Shown piece by piece: positions 1 to 9,732 of a stretch of DNA of 64,000 bases. The DNA is from Spirochaetia bacterium (GTDB taxonomy: Bacteria > Spirochaetota > Spirochaetia > WTKD01 > G963693115), in the NCBI GenBank assembly GCA_965226055.1, contig CBDDCA010000006.1, positions 416,001 to 480,000 on the forward strand, written 5' to 3'. Position 1 is the stretch's first letter, and each line of letters starts with the position of its first letter. The notes beneath the pieces were generated by a model, which was not told the DNA's origin, ran no database searches, and saw only the letters and a list, made by a program, of their open reading frames with translations. The position numbers and the translations under genes were made by a program.

Positions 1-81
1 TTTCTTTCTCTCCAATATTAACAGGAACAGAAAATATTGCACCTTGTAATATCAGATCTTGCACTATGTACTGAGACAAAC

Positions 82-1218
82 TTATCTCCAATATTTCTTT
101 TGTTTTCTAAATTTTTTATACTGCTTTTCACTAAGAACAAAAAAATGCGTTGTATTTTTAGCCACAGGCATTGAAAAATTAGATATTTTATTATTGTCAT
201 GTAAACCATCATAAAAAAAATACTTTGCATCCGAAGTTATATCATCTAAATGTAAAAAAATATCAAATATCAATGTACCTAAATATACCTTAAGAAAATA
301 TGAAATATCATAGGCAGTAATAACTTGAATATATTTCTCTATGTATGGTTTTCTCTTAAAAAGAGCATCATATACCATAAGAAGTATAGAAGGCTTTAAC
401 ATAAGTATTTTCTTAGTAGCAGTATTTGCATTTACATTAAATTTTGCATGAAAAGCCTCTAAAAATTTTACATAACTATTCTGTTGATCATCAGCATCAA
501 ATTTAGAATAAAAATAAGTGCCTTTTACTTTTGCTCCAGAATAACTTTGGTAATATTGTTTATATAAATTTGCAATAGTGTAGCGACTAGACCAGTACTG
601 ACTGTTACAAATAATATCTATATTATTATTTTCCTCATTTAATCTACTCATTTCTATAAGGAGGAGTACCACTCGCATAATTTCTTTGCTGTGCAATCGC
701 AATATATTTTCTTCAATAATACTATACGGCTCAAGCTCCACAGCATTTATTACTATTTGATCAATACCAGTACTCAGCTTAGAATGTAATAAAGCACTAA
801 TATTTGATATTCCGTACATATCATTATCTCTAATACCAGCATCATGGATAGCATCAATAATTTTATTAAAATGCTTCTTAGTTACCGATACCTGATAAAT
901 ATCGTTATAGGTTTTATGCTTTCCACCAAACGTAACTTCAACTACTGTTTCCTGATTAGTTTCAGGGCTATCATCATGATGATACATATCCATAGTATGC
1001 ACACGAGATACATGTCCTCCTACTGCACTATGCAACAGTATTGAATTGCTACTACTTCTTTTAGAAAGAGCATCTCCTGTTTTAATTTTTTGTCCTTCCT
1101 GTACTGCTAACATTTCTTCCTCTTGTATCCCTTGTCGTAACGGATAAAAGTACACAGGAGAGCATTCATAAAATTTTAAGTATTTAACATTAGAGATATT
1201 AAATTGATGCCGTTTCAT
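82..1218 (-). CDS. Highly diverged RnfC/RsxC-like electron transport subunit lacking the C-terminal ferredoxin domain
   Basis: VQEGQKIKTGD and LHSAVGGHV resemble the RnfC N-terminal domain; INAVELEPY resembles NxxECEPY; follows a divergent PAP2 gene as in spirochaetes; no CxxCxxC motifs. Confidence 0.6.
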   Translation of the reverse strand: MKRHQFNISNVKYLKFYECSPVYFYPLRQGIQEEEMLAVQEGQKIKTGDALSKRSSSNSILLHSAVGGHVSRVHTMDMYHHDDSPETNQETVVEVTFGGKHKTYNDIYQVSVTKKHFNKIIDAIHDAGIRDNDMYGISNISALLHSKLSTGIDQIVINAVELEPYSIIEENILRLHSKEIMRVVLLLIEMSRLNEENNNIDIICNSQYWSSRYTIANLYKQYYQSYSGAKVKGTYFYSKFDADDQQNSYVKFLEAFHAKFNVNANTATKKILMLKPSILLMVYDALFKRKPYIEKYIQVITAYDISYFLKVYLGTLIFDIFLHLDDITSDAKYFFYDGLHDNNKISNFSMPVAKNTTHFFVLSEKQYKKFRKQKKYWR

Positions 1219-1243
1219 ATAGTATTCCTTTATATATCATTTC

Positions 1244-1765
1244 TTAATAAAGGATTGAAAATAACCAAGCTATTATCATCCCTAAAATAACTCCCACAAA
1301 CGCTTCAGATGGAGTATGACCATATATTACTTTTATATGAGGTAACATATTATCTGGTGTATCTGTCTGTAAACATTGTTGATTATGTTTACTCACTATA
1401 GAGTTCATCGCGTCTCCAATAATACCAACCTGCCTACGAACCCCAATAGCATCAGAAACCAGCACACTTGTAAAAAAGAGAGCTACAAGAAAAGAGCTTG
1501 ATGTAACACCCTCAGATAAAACAAACGATATACACAAAGCACTAGCACTGGCACAATGACTAGACGGCATTCCTCCATTTCTTATAATATAAGAAGCAAA
1601 AGTATTACTATTTACTTTAGCATCAAACATATGTTTTTTTTCTCGATTTGAAAATTTATACAGTATCACGCTAATGACATATTTTAATATCTGTGCAATG
1701 ACATACGCAAAAAAAGCCGTTTGAAAATGTATATTAGTAAATAGAACAAGTAAGCCTTCTATCAT
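1244..1765 (-). CDS. Divergent PAP2 family protein (DUF212)
   Basis: GGMPSSH, DAIGVRRQVG and GHTPSE motifs; hydrophobic helices. Confidence 0.9.
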   Translation of the reverse strand: MIEGLLVLFTNIHFQTAFFAYVIAQILKYVISVILYKFSNREKKHMFDAKVNSNTFASYIIRNGGMPSSHCASASALCISFVLSEGVTSSSFLVALFFTSVLVSDAIGVRRQVGIIGDAMNSIVSKHNQQCLQTDTPDNMLPHIKVIYGHTPSEAFVGVILGMIIAWLFSILY

Positions 1766-1806
1766 ATTATTTATTATACTGTATTTAATGCTATACTTTC
1801 TACAAT

Positions 1807-3165
1807 ATGCAATTTACATCTCTATATATACACAGCGATAATAATCATAAGAGAGTTGACGCTCTTTGCAAGGCGATGACATCACTTTCATATACTACAA
1901 TTATGACTTGCATACGAAAAAAACGTATTCGCATCAATGGAAAAGCATGCAAAATTGGTGACATAGTATATACAGGAGATACTATAGATTTTACCAATTC
2001 CTTATGTAAATTTTTACATACAAGCATTATACCACAAACTATACAACAAAAAACAAGCCATGATACATACAGAATATCCTCTCATCGTACAACGAAAGCT
2101 CTCCATATCAATGATATAAAAAAATACATACACAATACAATACTGTATCATAACAGAGATTTTATTTGCCTCAACAAAATGAAAGAAGATGCAGTCTTTG
2201 GAAAAAACAGCATAACACAACAATTACAAACACTGTACAGGCAAACATTCAAGCAAACACCTTCTTCATTATTTGGGTTTACAGCAGCTCCATGCCACAG
2301 ATTAGACAGAAACACAAGCGGTATACTGGTATGTGCATGGAGTATCAATGCAGCCCGAGAAATGCAGCTACTACAAAGTAACAAATACATCTCAAAACTT
2401 TACTTTGGTATTGTTAGCGTACCACATACAATGCATGAAACAATAAGAGATACTCAACTACATGCAAATCACATCAATAGTGTTATCCACCAACATGCCC
2501 TGTACCGATACAACAATACTACCACAGCAGTACCATGTTCCTATCAACATACATACGCTCAAAATCCTCATTATACATATCTCGGCACAGCGTCATTAAA
2601 AATATCATTCCTCTTTTCATTGCTTGCTCCTTCTCAAAAAAACAACACACAAAACATATGGTGTGTAGCAATACAACCACTTGGAACAGGAGGAAAAACG
2701 CATCAAATTCGGGCACAATGCAAACAAATACATATTCCACTATGGGGAGATACAAAGTACACTTACACTCGCAACAAAAAAATATCAGCAACACAACAAA
2801 GAAAGCAAGCACCACAACACTATTTTTTACATGCTGCTGTACTTCTTAACAAGTACGCCTTAATGAAAAATACTAATACCAATGACATACCAGCACAGCT
2901 GCAATCAAAAAAAATCTCTCATTTTTCTCTCCCTCGTATGTTACATGCACCATTCCCTTCATCATGGAACGAACTATTTCATTCTAAACAAAATACATCC
3001 AACTTTTTAGATATAGAAACAACAATAAAAAAGATGAAGGAAACTTATCGATCTCTTACAATAAACTCTGTAGTATCTTCTAACAATGCTTTGTCTGACA
3101 CAGAAGATGACAAAATAGATCTTATCGACTGCTTTAACTCTATATTTGGAAGAGTAAGAGGATAA
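1807..3165 (+). CDS. RluA/RluC-family pseudouridine synthase with S4 domain
   Basis: S4-like N-terminus (RVDALC...IRINGK), HRLDRNTSG, GKTHQIR, GDTKY, FLHA. Confidence 0.9.
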   Translation: MQFTSLYIHSDNNHKRVDALCKAMTSLSYTTIMTCIRKKRIRINGKACKIGDIVYTGDTIDFTNSLCKFLHTSIIPQTIQQKTSHDTYRISSHRTTKALHINDIKKYIHNTILYHNRDFICLNKMKEDAVFGKNSITQQLQTLYRQTFKQTPSSLFGFTAAPCHRLDRNTSGILVCAWSINAAREMQLLQSNKYISKLYFGIVSVPHTMHETIRDTQLHANHINSVIHQHALYRYNNTTTAVPCSYQHTYAQNPHYTYLGTASLKISFLFSLLAPSQKNNTQNIWCVAIQPLGTGGKTHQIRAQCKQIHIPLWGDTKYTYTRNKKISATQQRKQAPQHYFLHAAVLLNKYALMKNTNTNDIPAQLQSKKISHFSLPRMLHAPFPSSWNELFHSKQNTSNFLDIETTIKKMKETYRSLTINSVVSSNNALSDTEDDKIDLIDCFNSIFGRVRG

Positions 3166-4121
3166 AGCCATTCTTTTACCTCTTGTAAATACTGATTGAT
3201 TGTCTTTTTATTTTTTGCTTGCATTTTTTTCTCTACAATAAAATGCTGAAGCAAGGCCTGTATCCCTAATTTCTTCACTTTATATTGTGAAGATTTTTTA
3301 CTCAGTTTTGCCTGAATGCGTATAAAGTTCTGTTGGTATATCTTTAATCTTTTTTTATCTTCAAGAAACCACTGATACAAATTTGGAATCATATACTTTA
3401 AGAGCTTATATGAAAAACATTTAATCATGACATCAGCACTCTTTGGTAACATAACAATCTTCAAAAACTCTTCTGTTTTTCTACTGGACGATACTAGTGC
3501 AATTTTTTTTCTGGACAAAAAAATCATACAGGCGTCTAAAAACGGAAGAGAAAATCCAGTATTAACAGAAAATTTAATAGCTCTCAGCATACGAATAGGA
3601 TCTTCTGAATAGTTTTTATAGACAGAAATTATTTTTTTTTGTTTTATATGTTTTATTCCGTCTAAAAAATCAATGATAATGTTTCGTATAGGACAATAAT
3701 ATAAGCTATTACAGGTAAAATCACGACGCAATACATCTTGACTAATAGAGCCGTACTCATTACTATCATTTGGATTGGCACTACGAAATGTACTGATTTC
3801 TATGTAATGATTTTTTACAATGGGAACTAACACAATGGTAAAACGTTTTCCAATAACCTTCGCTCTTCTGAATAATTTACAAATTTGATTAGGACGTGCA
3901 TTTGTAACTAAATCGAAATCTTTAGGTGTCTTTCCAATAAGAAAATCTCGCACTGCCCCACCAACAATATACGCATCGTATCCAGCTTTTTGTAATGTTT
4001 TTAGAATGAAAATAACTCTGCTATCTACATCTTTTCGCGGTATAGAGTACTCTTCTTGCTCATAAATTTTAGCAACTTTCTGTAGTGTCCCACTACGTTT
4101 TCGACTATATAGATATTTCAA
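3045..4121 (-). CDS. pcnB: Poly(A) polymerase I (TTG start)
   Basis: GGAVRD, DFDLVT, RRDFT, EDPIRMLRA plus PAP signature VIGKRFTIVLV. Confidence 0.85.
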   Translation of the reverse strand: MKYLYSRKRSGTLQKVAKIYEQEEYSIPRKDVDSRVIFILKTLQKAGYDAYIVGGAVRDFLIGKTPKDFDLVTNARPNQICKLFRRAKVIGKRFTIVLVPIVKNHYIEISTFRSANPNDSNEYGSISQDVLRRDFTCNSLYYCPIRNIIIDFLDGIKHIKQKKIISVYKNYSEDPIRMLRAIKFSVNTGFSLPFLDACMIFLSRKKIALVSSSRKTEEFLKIVMLPKSADVMIKCFSYKLLKYMIPNLYQWFLEDKKRLKIYQQNFIRIQAKLSKKSSQYKVKKLGIQALLQHFIVEKKMQAKNKKTINQYLQEVKEWLYPLTLPNIELKQSIRSILSSSVSDKALLEDTTEFIVRDR

Positions 4122-4130
4122 AAGCCAGTA

Positions 4131-5123
4131 TTAAAACACCAATCTTGTACCAACGAACCCACCAAAAACACCATGAAAAGGTTCATACGATATACCACTA
4201 TCTAAAAACAAGAAAAATATTTTAAGAGAAAATCCTCCGTATAGTCTCAGTCCTCCTCTGAATACATCTTGTTTAAATGTTATTTTTGAACCAGAGAAAA
4301 AATCTGTCTGTAACCCAAACTGATCTATATAATCCGTAAGAAAATAATCTTTCCCGTTCGTTTTTACTACTATATCCCCACTTGAGCTTACCCGTAAGTT
4401 AGTAAGACCAAAATAGGGTTCTATTCCTCCTGTAAGTTCAATAATTCCTAAAAATAATTGACTGTACTGTCCCTTAAAACCAAATGTATGAGAATTAAGA
4501 TCAGCTTTTACTTTGTAATCACCTACTATAGATACAAAATCCCCTATAGTATTCTGTACTTTAAAACTGGGAATAGGAAACCCAACACCAAATGACTGAT
4601 AAAAATAGGTAAAACTTGTAATCAATCCTCTATTTTTGTGATTCTCAAAAAAATTCCAACGCATATCAAAGCCTAGAGATAAAAAATCATCATATACCAC
4701 CGATGATGTATTAGATGACTGAAAATTCATATTAAATCCGTACAAACCAATATCAAAAGGCCAATCTACCAGAGGAACAGGAGCACGAATATGAAACAAA
4801 TAATTCAGGAACAAGCCTGGAGTAGTATCTGCAGTCAATGATGAAAAATTCTCTGTAAAGTCAGAAAATTTATAAAGATACTGTGGTTTATTGAGAGAAA
4901 TTGTGGTATTAAATCCAATGCCAACAAATTTCGGTTTATATGCAGTATTCCATGTCGATGCAGTCAAGGTATTGGCAAAAACAGTATCTGATAATGCATC
5001 ACTAATAGTCCTAATACTTTTTTTAACATTATCTACATCAATATTTTCTACTTGCGCACTTAACGAAACTATTGAATAAGAAAAAAGATATAGGATACTT
5101 ATCAATAATAGTAACTTTTTCAC
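4131..5123 (-). CDS. Putative outer-membrane beta-barrel protein
   Basis: Signal peptide, Gly/aromatic alternating strands, C-terminal Phe. Confidence 0.6.
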   Translation of the reverse strand: MKKLLLLISILYLFSYSIVSLSAQVENIDVDNVKKSIRTISDALSDTVFANTLTASTWNTAYKPKFVGIGFNTTISLNKPQYLYKFSDFTENFSSLTADTTPGLFLNYLFHIRAPVPLVDWPFDIGLYGFNMNFQSSNTSSVVYDDFLSLGFDMRWNFFENHKNRGLITSFTYFYQSFGVGFPIPSFKVQNTIGDFVSIVGDYKVKADLNSHTFGFKGQYSQLFLGIIELTGGIEPYFGLTNLRVSSSGDIVVKTNGKDYFLTDYIDQFGLQTDFFSGSKITFKQDVFRGGLRLYGGFSLKIFFLFLDSGISYEPFHGVFGGFVGTRLVF

Positions 5124-5245
5124 ATTAAAACTCCTTTACATCTCCTCGTATACATAGTAGGAAAATAATAATATTTATTCAAGGTCCATTTTCCTTGTAT
5201 ATAAATTATAGCATAGAGTAACATATCACAAATAGTCTATTATAG

Positions 5246-5282
5246 TAGTATGAGCTATCACTCGTTATGATAGCTCATACTA
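5246..5282 (-). terminator. Stem-loop downstream of DUF285 gene
   Basis: Perfect 15-bp inverted repeat tagtatgagctatca/tgatagctcatacta with 7-nt loop. Confidence 0.65.
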
Positions 5283-5295
5283 TACTATTATCTCC

Positions 5296-7464
5296 TTAAC
5301 GAGATGTAGGACCTGTGTAGCTTCCTCCTGCCCAATCTGGCTTTTTACCATTTCTCTCCAAAGCAGTACCCTTAAATGCATCTTTATAATAAACCGATGG
5401 CATAGACAAATGATCTTTCCATTCGTATATATCCTGATTAAACGCTGTTGCTCCGTTCAATATATCCCTTATAGTAAAAACTCTACTTAAGTTCCAGTTT
5501 GATATATCGCTATTAAATGCTGTACTCCCTTTAAACATCTCACGCATGTTTGCAACATTACTCACATCCCACCCCGATATATCACTATTAAATGCCGTAT
5601 TATCATTAAACATACCAGTCATGGCAGTTACCTTGCTTACATCCCACTTTGATATATCTCCATTAAAACGTGAATTAGAAAACATATCTTCCATATTCTT
5701 CACATTCCCTACTTTCCAATCTGCTATGCCCCCATGCTCTCCTGTAAAGGCAGAACTGGCAAACATATATCGCATAGTTGTAACATTGCTTACATCCCAT
5801 TTTGATATATTTCCATTAAATTTACTACTACTCCAAAACATACCTTCCATATCAGTAACATTACTTACATTCCACCCTGATATATCGCTATTAAATTCTT
5901 TAGTATCAAAAAACATATTATTCATAGTAGATACTATACTTACATCCCACTTTGATATATCTCCATTAAACTGCGATCCGCCAAACATGGCCTCCATATT
6001 TTGCACTTTACTTACCTTCCAATTTGATATATCCCCATTAAATGCTTTAGCTTCATAAAACATAGCTTCCATATCTACAACATTACTTACATCCCACTTT
6101 GATATATCTCCATTAAACTGCGATCTAAAAAACATCCTACTCATATTCAAAACACTACTCACATCCCAGCCCGATATATCCCCATTAAACTTACTCAGCA
6201 CCCCATTACGAAACAAGCCACTCATATCATTAATATTACTTACATCAATATCATTCAACGATACTGTCGCTTTATCTATGACCCCATCTCCATCAGTATC
6301 CACTATTTGCTTAAGAAGTGCTACTAACTCCTCTTTTGTCCTAAGAACATCCTGAATGAGTACAAAGAATGTTCCTGTCACATTGGTATTCTCAGGTTTC
6401 TTAAACGCTCCTGTCCCAGTAAAAGTAACTGTAAATTTTATCGGCCTCTTTGATGCAGTAGTAATTGCTCCTGCGCTTGCCGTTATTGTTCCTGTCGCTG
6501 TATCAAACACCATGCCTGTAGGAAGACTATTTGGCGTGAGTGCAAAGGTCCCTGTCGCTGCTACTGGGTAGCGGGAAATAGAAAAACTGACCGCTTGTCC
6601 TACTACTGCAAAAAATGTTTCTTTTTGCCCTAATGTTACCTTTAATGTCAACCAATGAGGCTCCTGTGATACCCCAGAGTCCTTAAACACATTTTTACTG
6701 TTTGTCGCTACTGATGGTGGTATTTTCCATAGCTTCGTATCTTGATTAAAGCCCCTTGCTCCTTCAAACATACTGTTTATCTGTGTTACGCTACTCATAT
6801 CCCATTTTGATATATCTGCATTAAACAACACTGCTCCCTGAAACATGCTACTCATATTCATAACGGCACTCACATCCCATTGTGCCACATTGCCATTAAA
6901 GGCAGTTGCCTGCTTGAACATACTACTCATATCTGTAACCTTACTCACTTTCCACTTTGATATATCTCCCTTAAAACTTGTTGCTCCTTCAAACATACTG
7001 CTCATATCCGTGACGACACTCACATCCCATTGTGCCACATGCCCGTTAAAGGCAGTTGCTTGCTTGAACATACTGCTCATATCTGTAACCTTACTCACTT
7101 TCCAATCCGATATATCCCCATTAAAGCTTGTTGCTCCTTCAAACATACTGCTCATATTCACAACATTACTCACATTCCACTTTGATATATCGCCATTAAA
7201 TGTAGGATATTTGACAAACAAACTACTCATATCACTAATCTTACTTGTATCAATGCTATTTAAGTTTGCTCTACTATCTTTTCCTACCCGTTCAGAGATA
7301 AGCGTAAGTAACTGTGCCTTTGTTTCAGGCTGTGTACCTCCGCCAGGATCAGTGCCTCCCCCCGATGAGCTACCAGATGAACTACTACTTGGCTCTTCAC
7401 AGCTAGTAACTATTACTGTCATTACAAACAGTATCATTATAGAGAACAATACATATTTTTTCAT
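5296..7464 (-). CDS. BspA-like DUF285 repeat surface lipoprotein with central putative Ig domain
   Basis: Lipobox IVTS-C, Ser/Gly linker, two blocks of ~25-aa FNGDISxWDVSxVxxMxxMF repeats, LPTGMVFDTATGTIT Ig-like motif, SD AGGAGG. Confidence 0.92.
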   Translation of the reverse strand: MKKYVLFSIMILFVMTVIVTSCEEPSSSSSGSSSGGGTDPGGGTQPETKAQLLTLISERVGKDSRANLNSIDTSKISDMSSLFVKYPTFNGDISKWNVSNVVNMSSMFEGATSFNGDISDWKVSKVTDMSSMFKQATAFNGHVAQWDVSVVTDMSSMFEGATSFKGDISKWKVSKVTDMSSMFKQATAFNGNVAQWDVSAVMNMSSMFQGAVLFNADISKWDMSSVTQINSMFEGARGFNQDTKLWKIPPSVATNSKNVFKDSGVSQEPHWLTLKVTLGQKETFFAVVGQAVSFSISRYPVAATGTFALTPNSLPTGMVFDTATGTITASAGAITTASKRPIKFTVTFTGTGAFKKPENTNVTGTFFVLIQDVLRTKEELVALLKQIVDTDGDGVIDKATVSLNDIDVSNINDMSGLFRNGVLSKFNGDISGWDVSSVLNMSRMFFRSQFNGDISKWDVSNVVDMEAMFYEAKAFNGDISNWKVSKVQNMEAMFGGSQFNGDISKWDVSIVSTMNNMFFDTKEFNSDISGWNVSNVTDMEGMFWSSSKFNGNISKWDVSNVTTMRYMFASSAFTGEHGGIADWKVGNVKNMEDMFSNSRFNGDISKWDVSKVTAMTGMFNDNTAFNSDISGWDVSNVANMREMFKGSTAFNSDISNWNLSRVFTIRDILNGATAFNQDIYEWKDHLSMPSVYYKDAFKGTALERNGKKPDWAGGSYTGPTSR
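6845..7150. repeat. Near-identical 150-bp (50-aa) tandem duplication inside the DUF285 gene
   Basis: cacatcccattgtgccacat at 6871 and 7021; KVSKVTDMSSMFKQATAFNG occurs twice. Confidence 0.85.
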
Positions 7465-7603
7465 ATGCTCCTCCTTTCATCATAAATATATCATAGATGC
7501 TTTTTATATACAACATCCATACTTGCGATCTGTAAGAAAAGAACTTCTAATAATAAATACTACTATGAATTTACTTTGGTGATTAGGAGAGAAATAAAGG
7601 CTA

Positions 7604-7618
7604 CCCCCCCCCCCCCCC
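7604..7618. repeat. C15 (G15 on gene strand) homopolymer 140 bp upstream of the DUF285 lipoprotein gene
   Basis: 15 consecutive C in AT-rich intergenic DNA. Confidence 0.9.
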
Positions 7619-7843
7619 AATTTCCCCGCTCCAACACTGTAACCCTTTGCGTTTGACTATATATGTATCATCATATGTATAATATATATGTATCATCGTA
7701 TTCATATAATATACTCCATATTTATAGTAGCATATTACCGTAAATAATGTTGAAGTACAATATTAAGATACTTGGTATCTACAGATACTTTTTGTATACT
7801 AATATCAGATGAGCAGCTTATATATGGGTGTTATTATAATTAT

Positions 7844-8512
7844 ATGCATGAAATAACACCATCACATACATATCTCTTTCAGAAAGATACCATCACAGTT
7901 GCACAACAGTTATTACACTATGCCTTTGTGTGTATTGAGAAACATGCTGTCACTGGAGGAGCTATTGTAGAAACTGAAGCGTATACAAAAAATGATCCTT
8001 GTTCTCATTCATATAAAGGCAAAACATATCGCAATAGAGCTATGTTTCTCAGTGCTGGACATATCTATGTATATCGCATATATGGAATACACCTTTGCGT
8101 AAATATAGTAACAGAAAAAGAAAACTGTGGGGAAGCAGTACTTATACGTGCATTAGAACCTTTATGGGGAATAGAGAACATGAAAACACAAAGATCTAAA
8201 CATGATATTTATTCTCTTTGTAATGGACCAGGAAAACTTACACAAGCACTTTCAATTACTATGCACTACAACACACTTTTATGTCCTCTGTTTCATTCAA
8301 TACCAGAAGCACAACAATACACAAAAGATACACGCAATGCTATACTTTGCCTAGTGCCATTATATCCAACACTCCCTTCATTCATACAATCTAAAAAAGA
8401 TAGCCTTTCACACTCCATAGCTTGTAGTACTCGCATTGGAGTACAGGAAGATAATCCACAACTACATCGCTTTTACCGTAAGCATAACATGTATGTATCT
8501 AAAAAAAGATAA
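7844..8512 (+). CDS. mpg: DNA-3-methyladenine glycosylase (MPG/AAG family)
   Basis: IVETEAY, YVYRIYG, AVLIRALEP, NGPGKLTQAL, RIG; ATG 7844 preferred over ORF-track start 7772. Confidence 0.92.
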   Translation: MHEITPSHTYLFQKDTITVAQQLLHYAFVCIEKHAVTGGAIVETEAYTKNDPCSHSYKGKTYRNRAMFLSAGHIYVYRIYGIHLCVNIVTEKENCGEAVLIRALEPLWGIENMKTQRSKHDIYSLCNGPGKLTQALSITMHYNTLLCPLFHSIPEAQQYTKDTRNAILCLVPLYPTLPSFIQSKKDSLSHSIACSTRIGVQEDNPQLHRFYRKHNMYVSKKR

Positions 8513-8524
8513 TAATCGATCATG

Positions 8525-9679
8525 CTATGTTTTCTGTTGTAATATGTACATACTCTTTTCCCACTGTATCATTTCATATGTAGTAAAAAAAGCTGGTAAG
8601 GTAATATATGCATACATGTTGTTATTATGTGTAAACAAAGATTGAGAGGACACATAAAACCCATGTGCAAAAAATACTTCTCGTATATACTGATACTGTA
8701 ACATATCATTCACAGGAAAGCTAATGTATATTCCTTGTTGTTTCCATGACTTATTAGGAAGAGGAAGCAGCATAGCATCTTGTGTATGTTTATTGTTATG
8801 CCATTTTCCCTGAACATCAGTACTATTATTTGCATGGGGAGAAATATTATTACTGTCTTTATTATTACCACAATCAATAACAAGAATATCTTTTCTGTTT
8901 CTTGTATGCGTAGGAGGCATACGAAATACCATACCATGTTTTTGTAATAGAATAAGAGAATACGTGAGTCCTGTAAGCATTACTGGATTGATAGAAGATA
9001 CTATAAGATTAAAAATAGTCTTTTGTTTTGTAGATACAGTATCAGATACCGTTATTGCTCTCATAGTGTCAGCCATATCTTGTGAATGTACTCCATTTTT
9101 TTTCTTGCATAAAAACAAAGGACTATTGTGCCACGCAAAGGGAATCAATGGACTGACAATACTATCACAGCTTTTGGGAGTAGCATATACTGTATTGTAA
9201 AGATCATCAAATGATATACCGCAATATGGACGCCATGTATACCCTCTTGGCACAATATCTTTTGTGTCCATCGCAGTATCTTGTTCAGTATGATGAGAAA
9301 GAAAAGCAAGCGTATCAATGATATCAATATCTTTGGCTTGTTTTTTTTCAAATTTATTTTCAAACAATGCATCACAAACAGATTCAGTATACATTCCATA
9401 GTTAGCATGAAACCCGTACTGATAAAAAGCAAGGCCTTGAATTTCATAATAGGGAAATACCTTATCAAAAGTTCTTAGAAACTGTTTTATATATCGTGTT
9501 GTTATAGTTCCCCATATTCCCTGAGAAAGTGTATTCTTTATTTTGTTTGATACTGCACAAGGCGTATGTCCCCATACTGCTCGTCCATTACAGAGATCAA
9601 GATCGACAAAACGCTTACCATGTGCATATACATAATATCCCCTTGCTCGTGTAAACTCAGTATCTATGGGTAAGTTCAT
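8525..9679 (-). CDS. Hypothetical protein with class-III aminotransferase-like N-terminus
   Basis: RARGYYVYAHGKRFVDLDLCNGRAVWGH resembles the class-III aminotransferase start; no clear PLP-lysine motif. Confidence 0.55.
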   Translation of the reverse strand: MNLPIDTEFTRARGYYVYAHGKRFVDLDLCNGRAVWGHTPCAVSNKIKNTLSQGIWGTITTRYIKQFLRTFDKVFPYYEIQGLAFYQYGFHANYGMYTESVCDALFENKFEKKQAKDIDIIDTLAFLSHHTEQDTAMDTKDIVPRGYTWRPYCGISFDDLYNTVYATPKSCDSIVSPLIPFAWHNSPLFLCKKKNGVHSQDMADTMRAITVSDTVSTKQKTIFNLIVSSINPVMLTGLTYSLILLQKHGMVFRMPPTHTRNRKDILVIDCGNNKDSNNISPHANNSTDVQGKWHNNKHTQDAMLLPLPNKSWKQQGIYISFPVNDMLQYQYIREVFFAHGFYVSSQSLFTHNNNMYAYITLPAFFTTYEMIQWEKSMYILQQKT

Positions 9680-9732
9680 ACATTATAGAGTAGGATTACC
9701 AGTATCCTCAGTATTATTTCTATAGGGACTCA

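Noticed and set aside
1-91. Possible start of rnfD (TTG at 91, minus strand)
   Set aside because: Only about 30 codons are visible, with no diagnostic motif.
3045-4121. CCA-adding enzyme call, since both tRNAs lack CCA
   Set aside because: The protein carries the poly(A) polymerase signature (IGKRF), so pcnB is preferred.
5546-7582. Periodic repeats and antisense ORFs that could mimic a CRISPR array
   Set aside because: They are degenerate 72-75-bp coding repeats of DUF285; no spacer structure and no cas genes.
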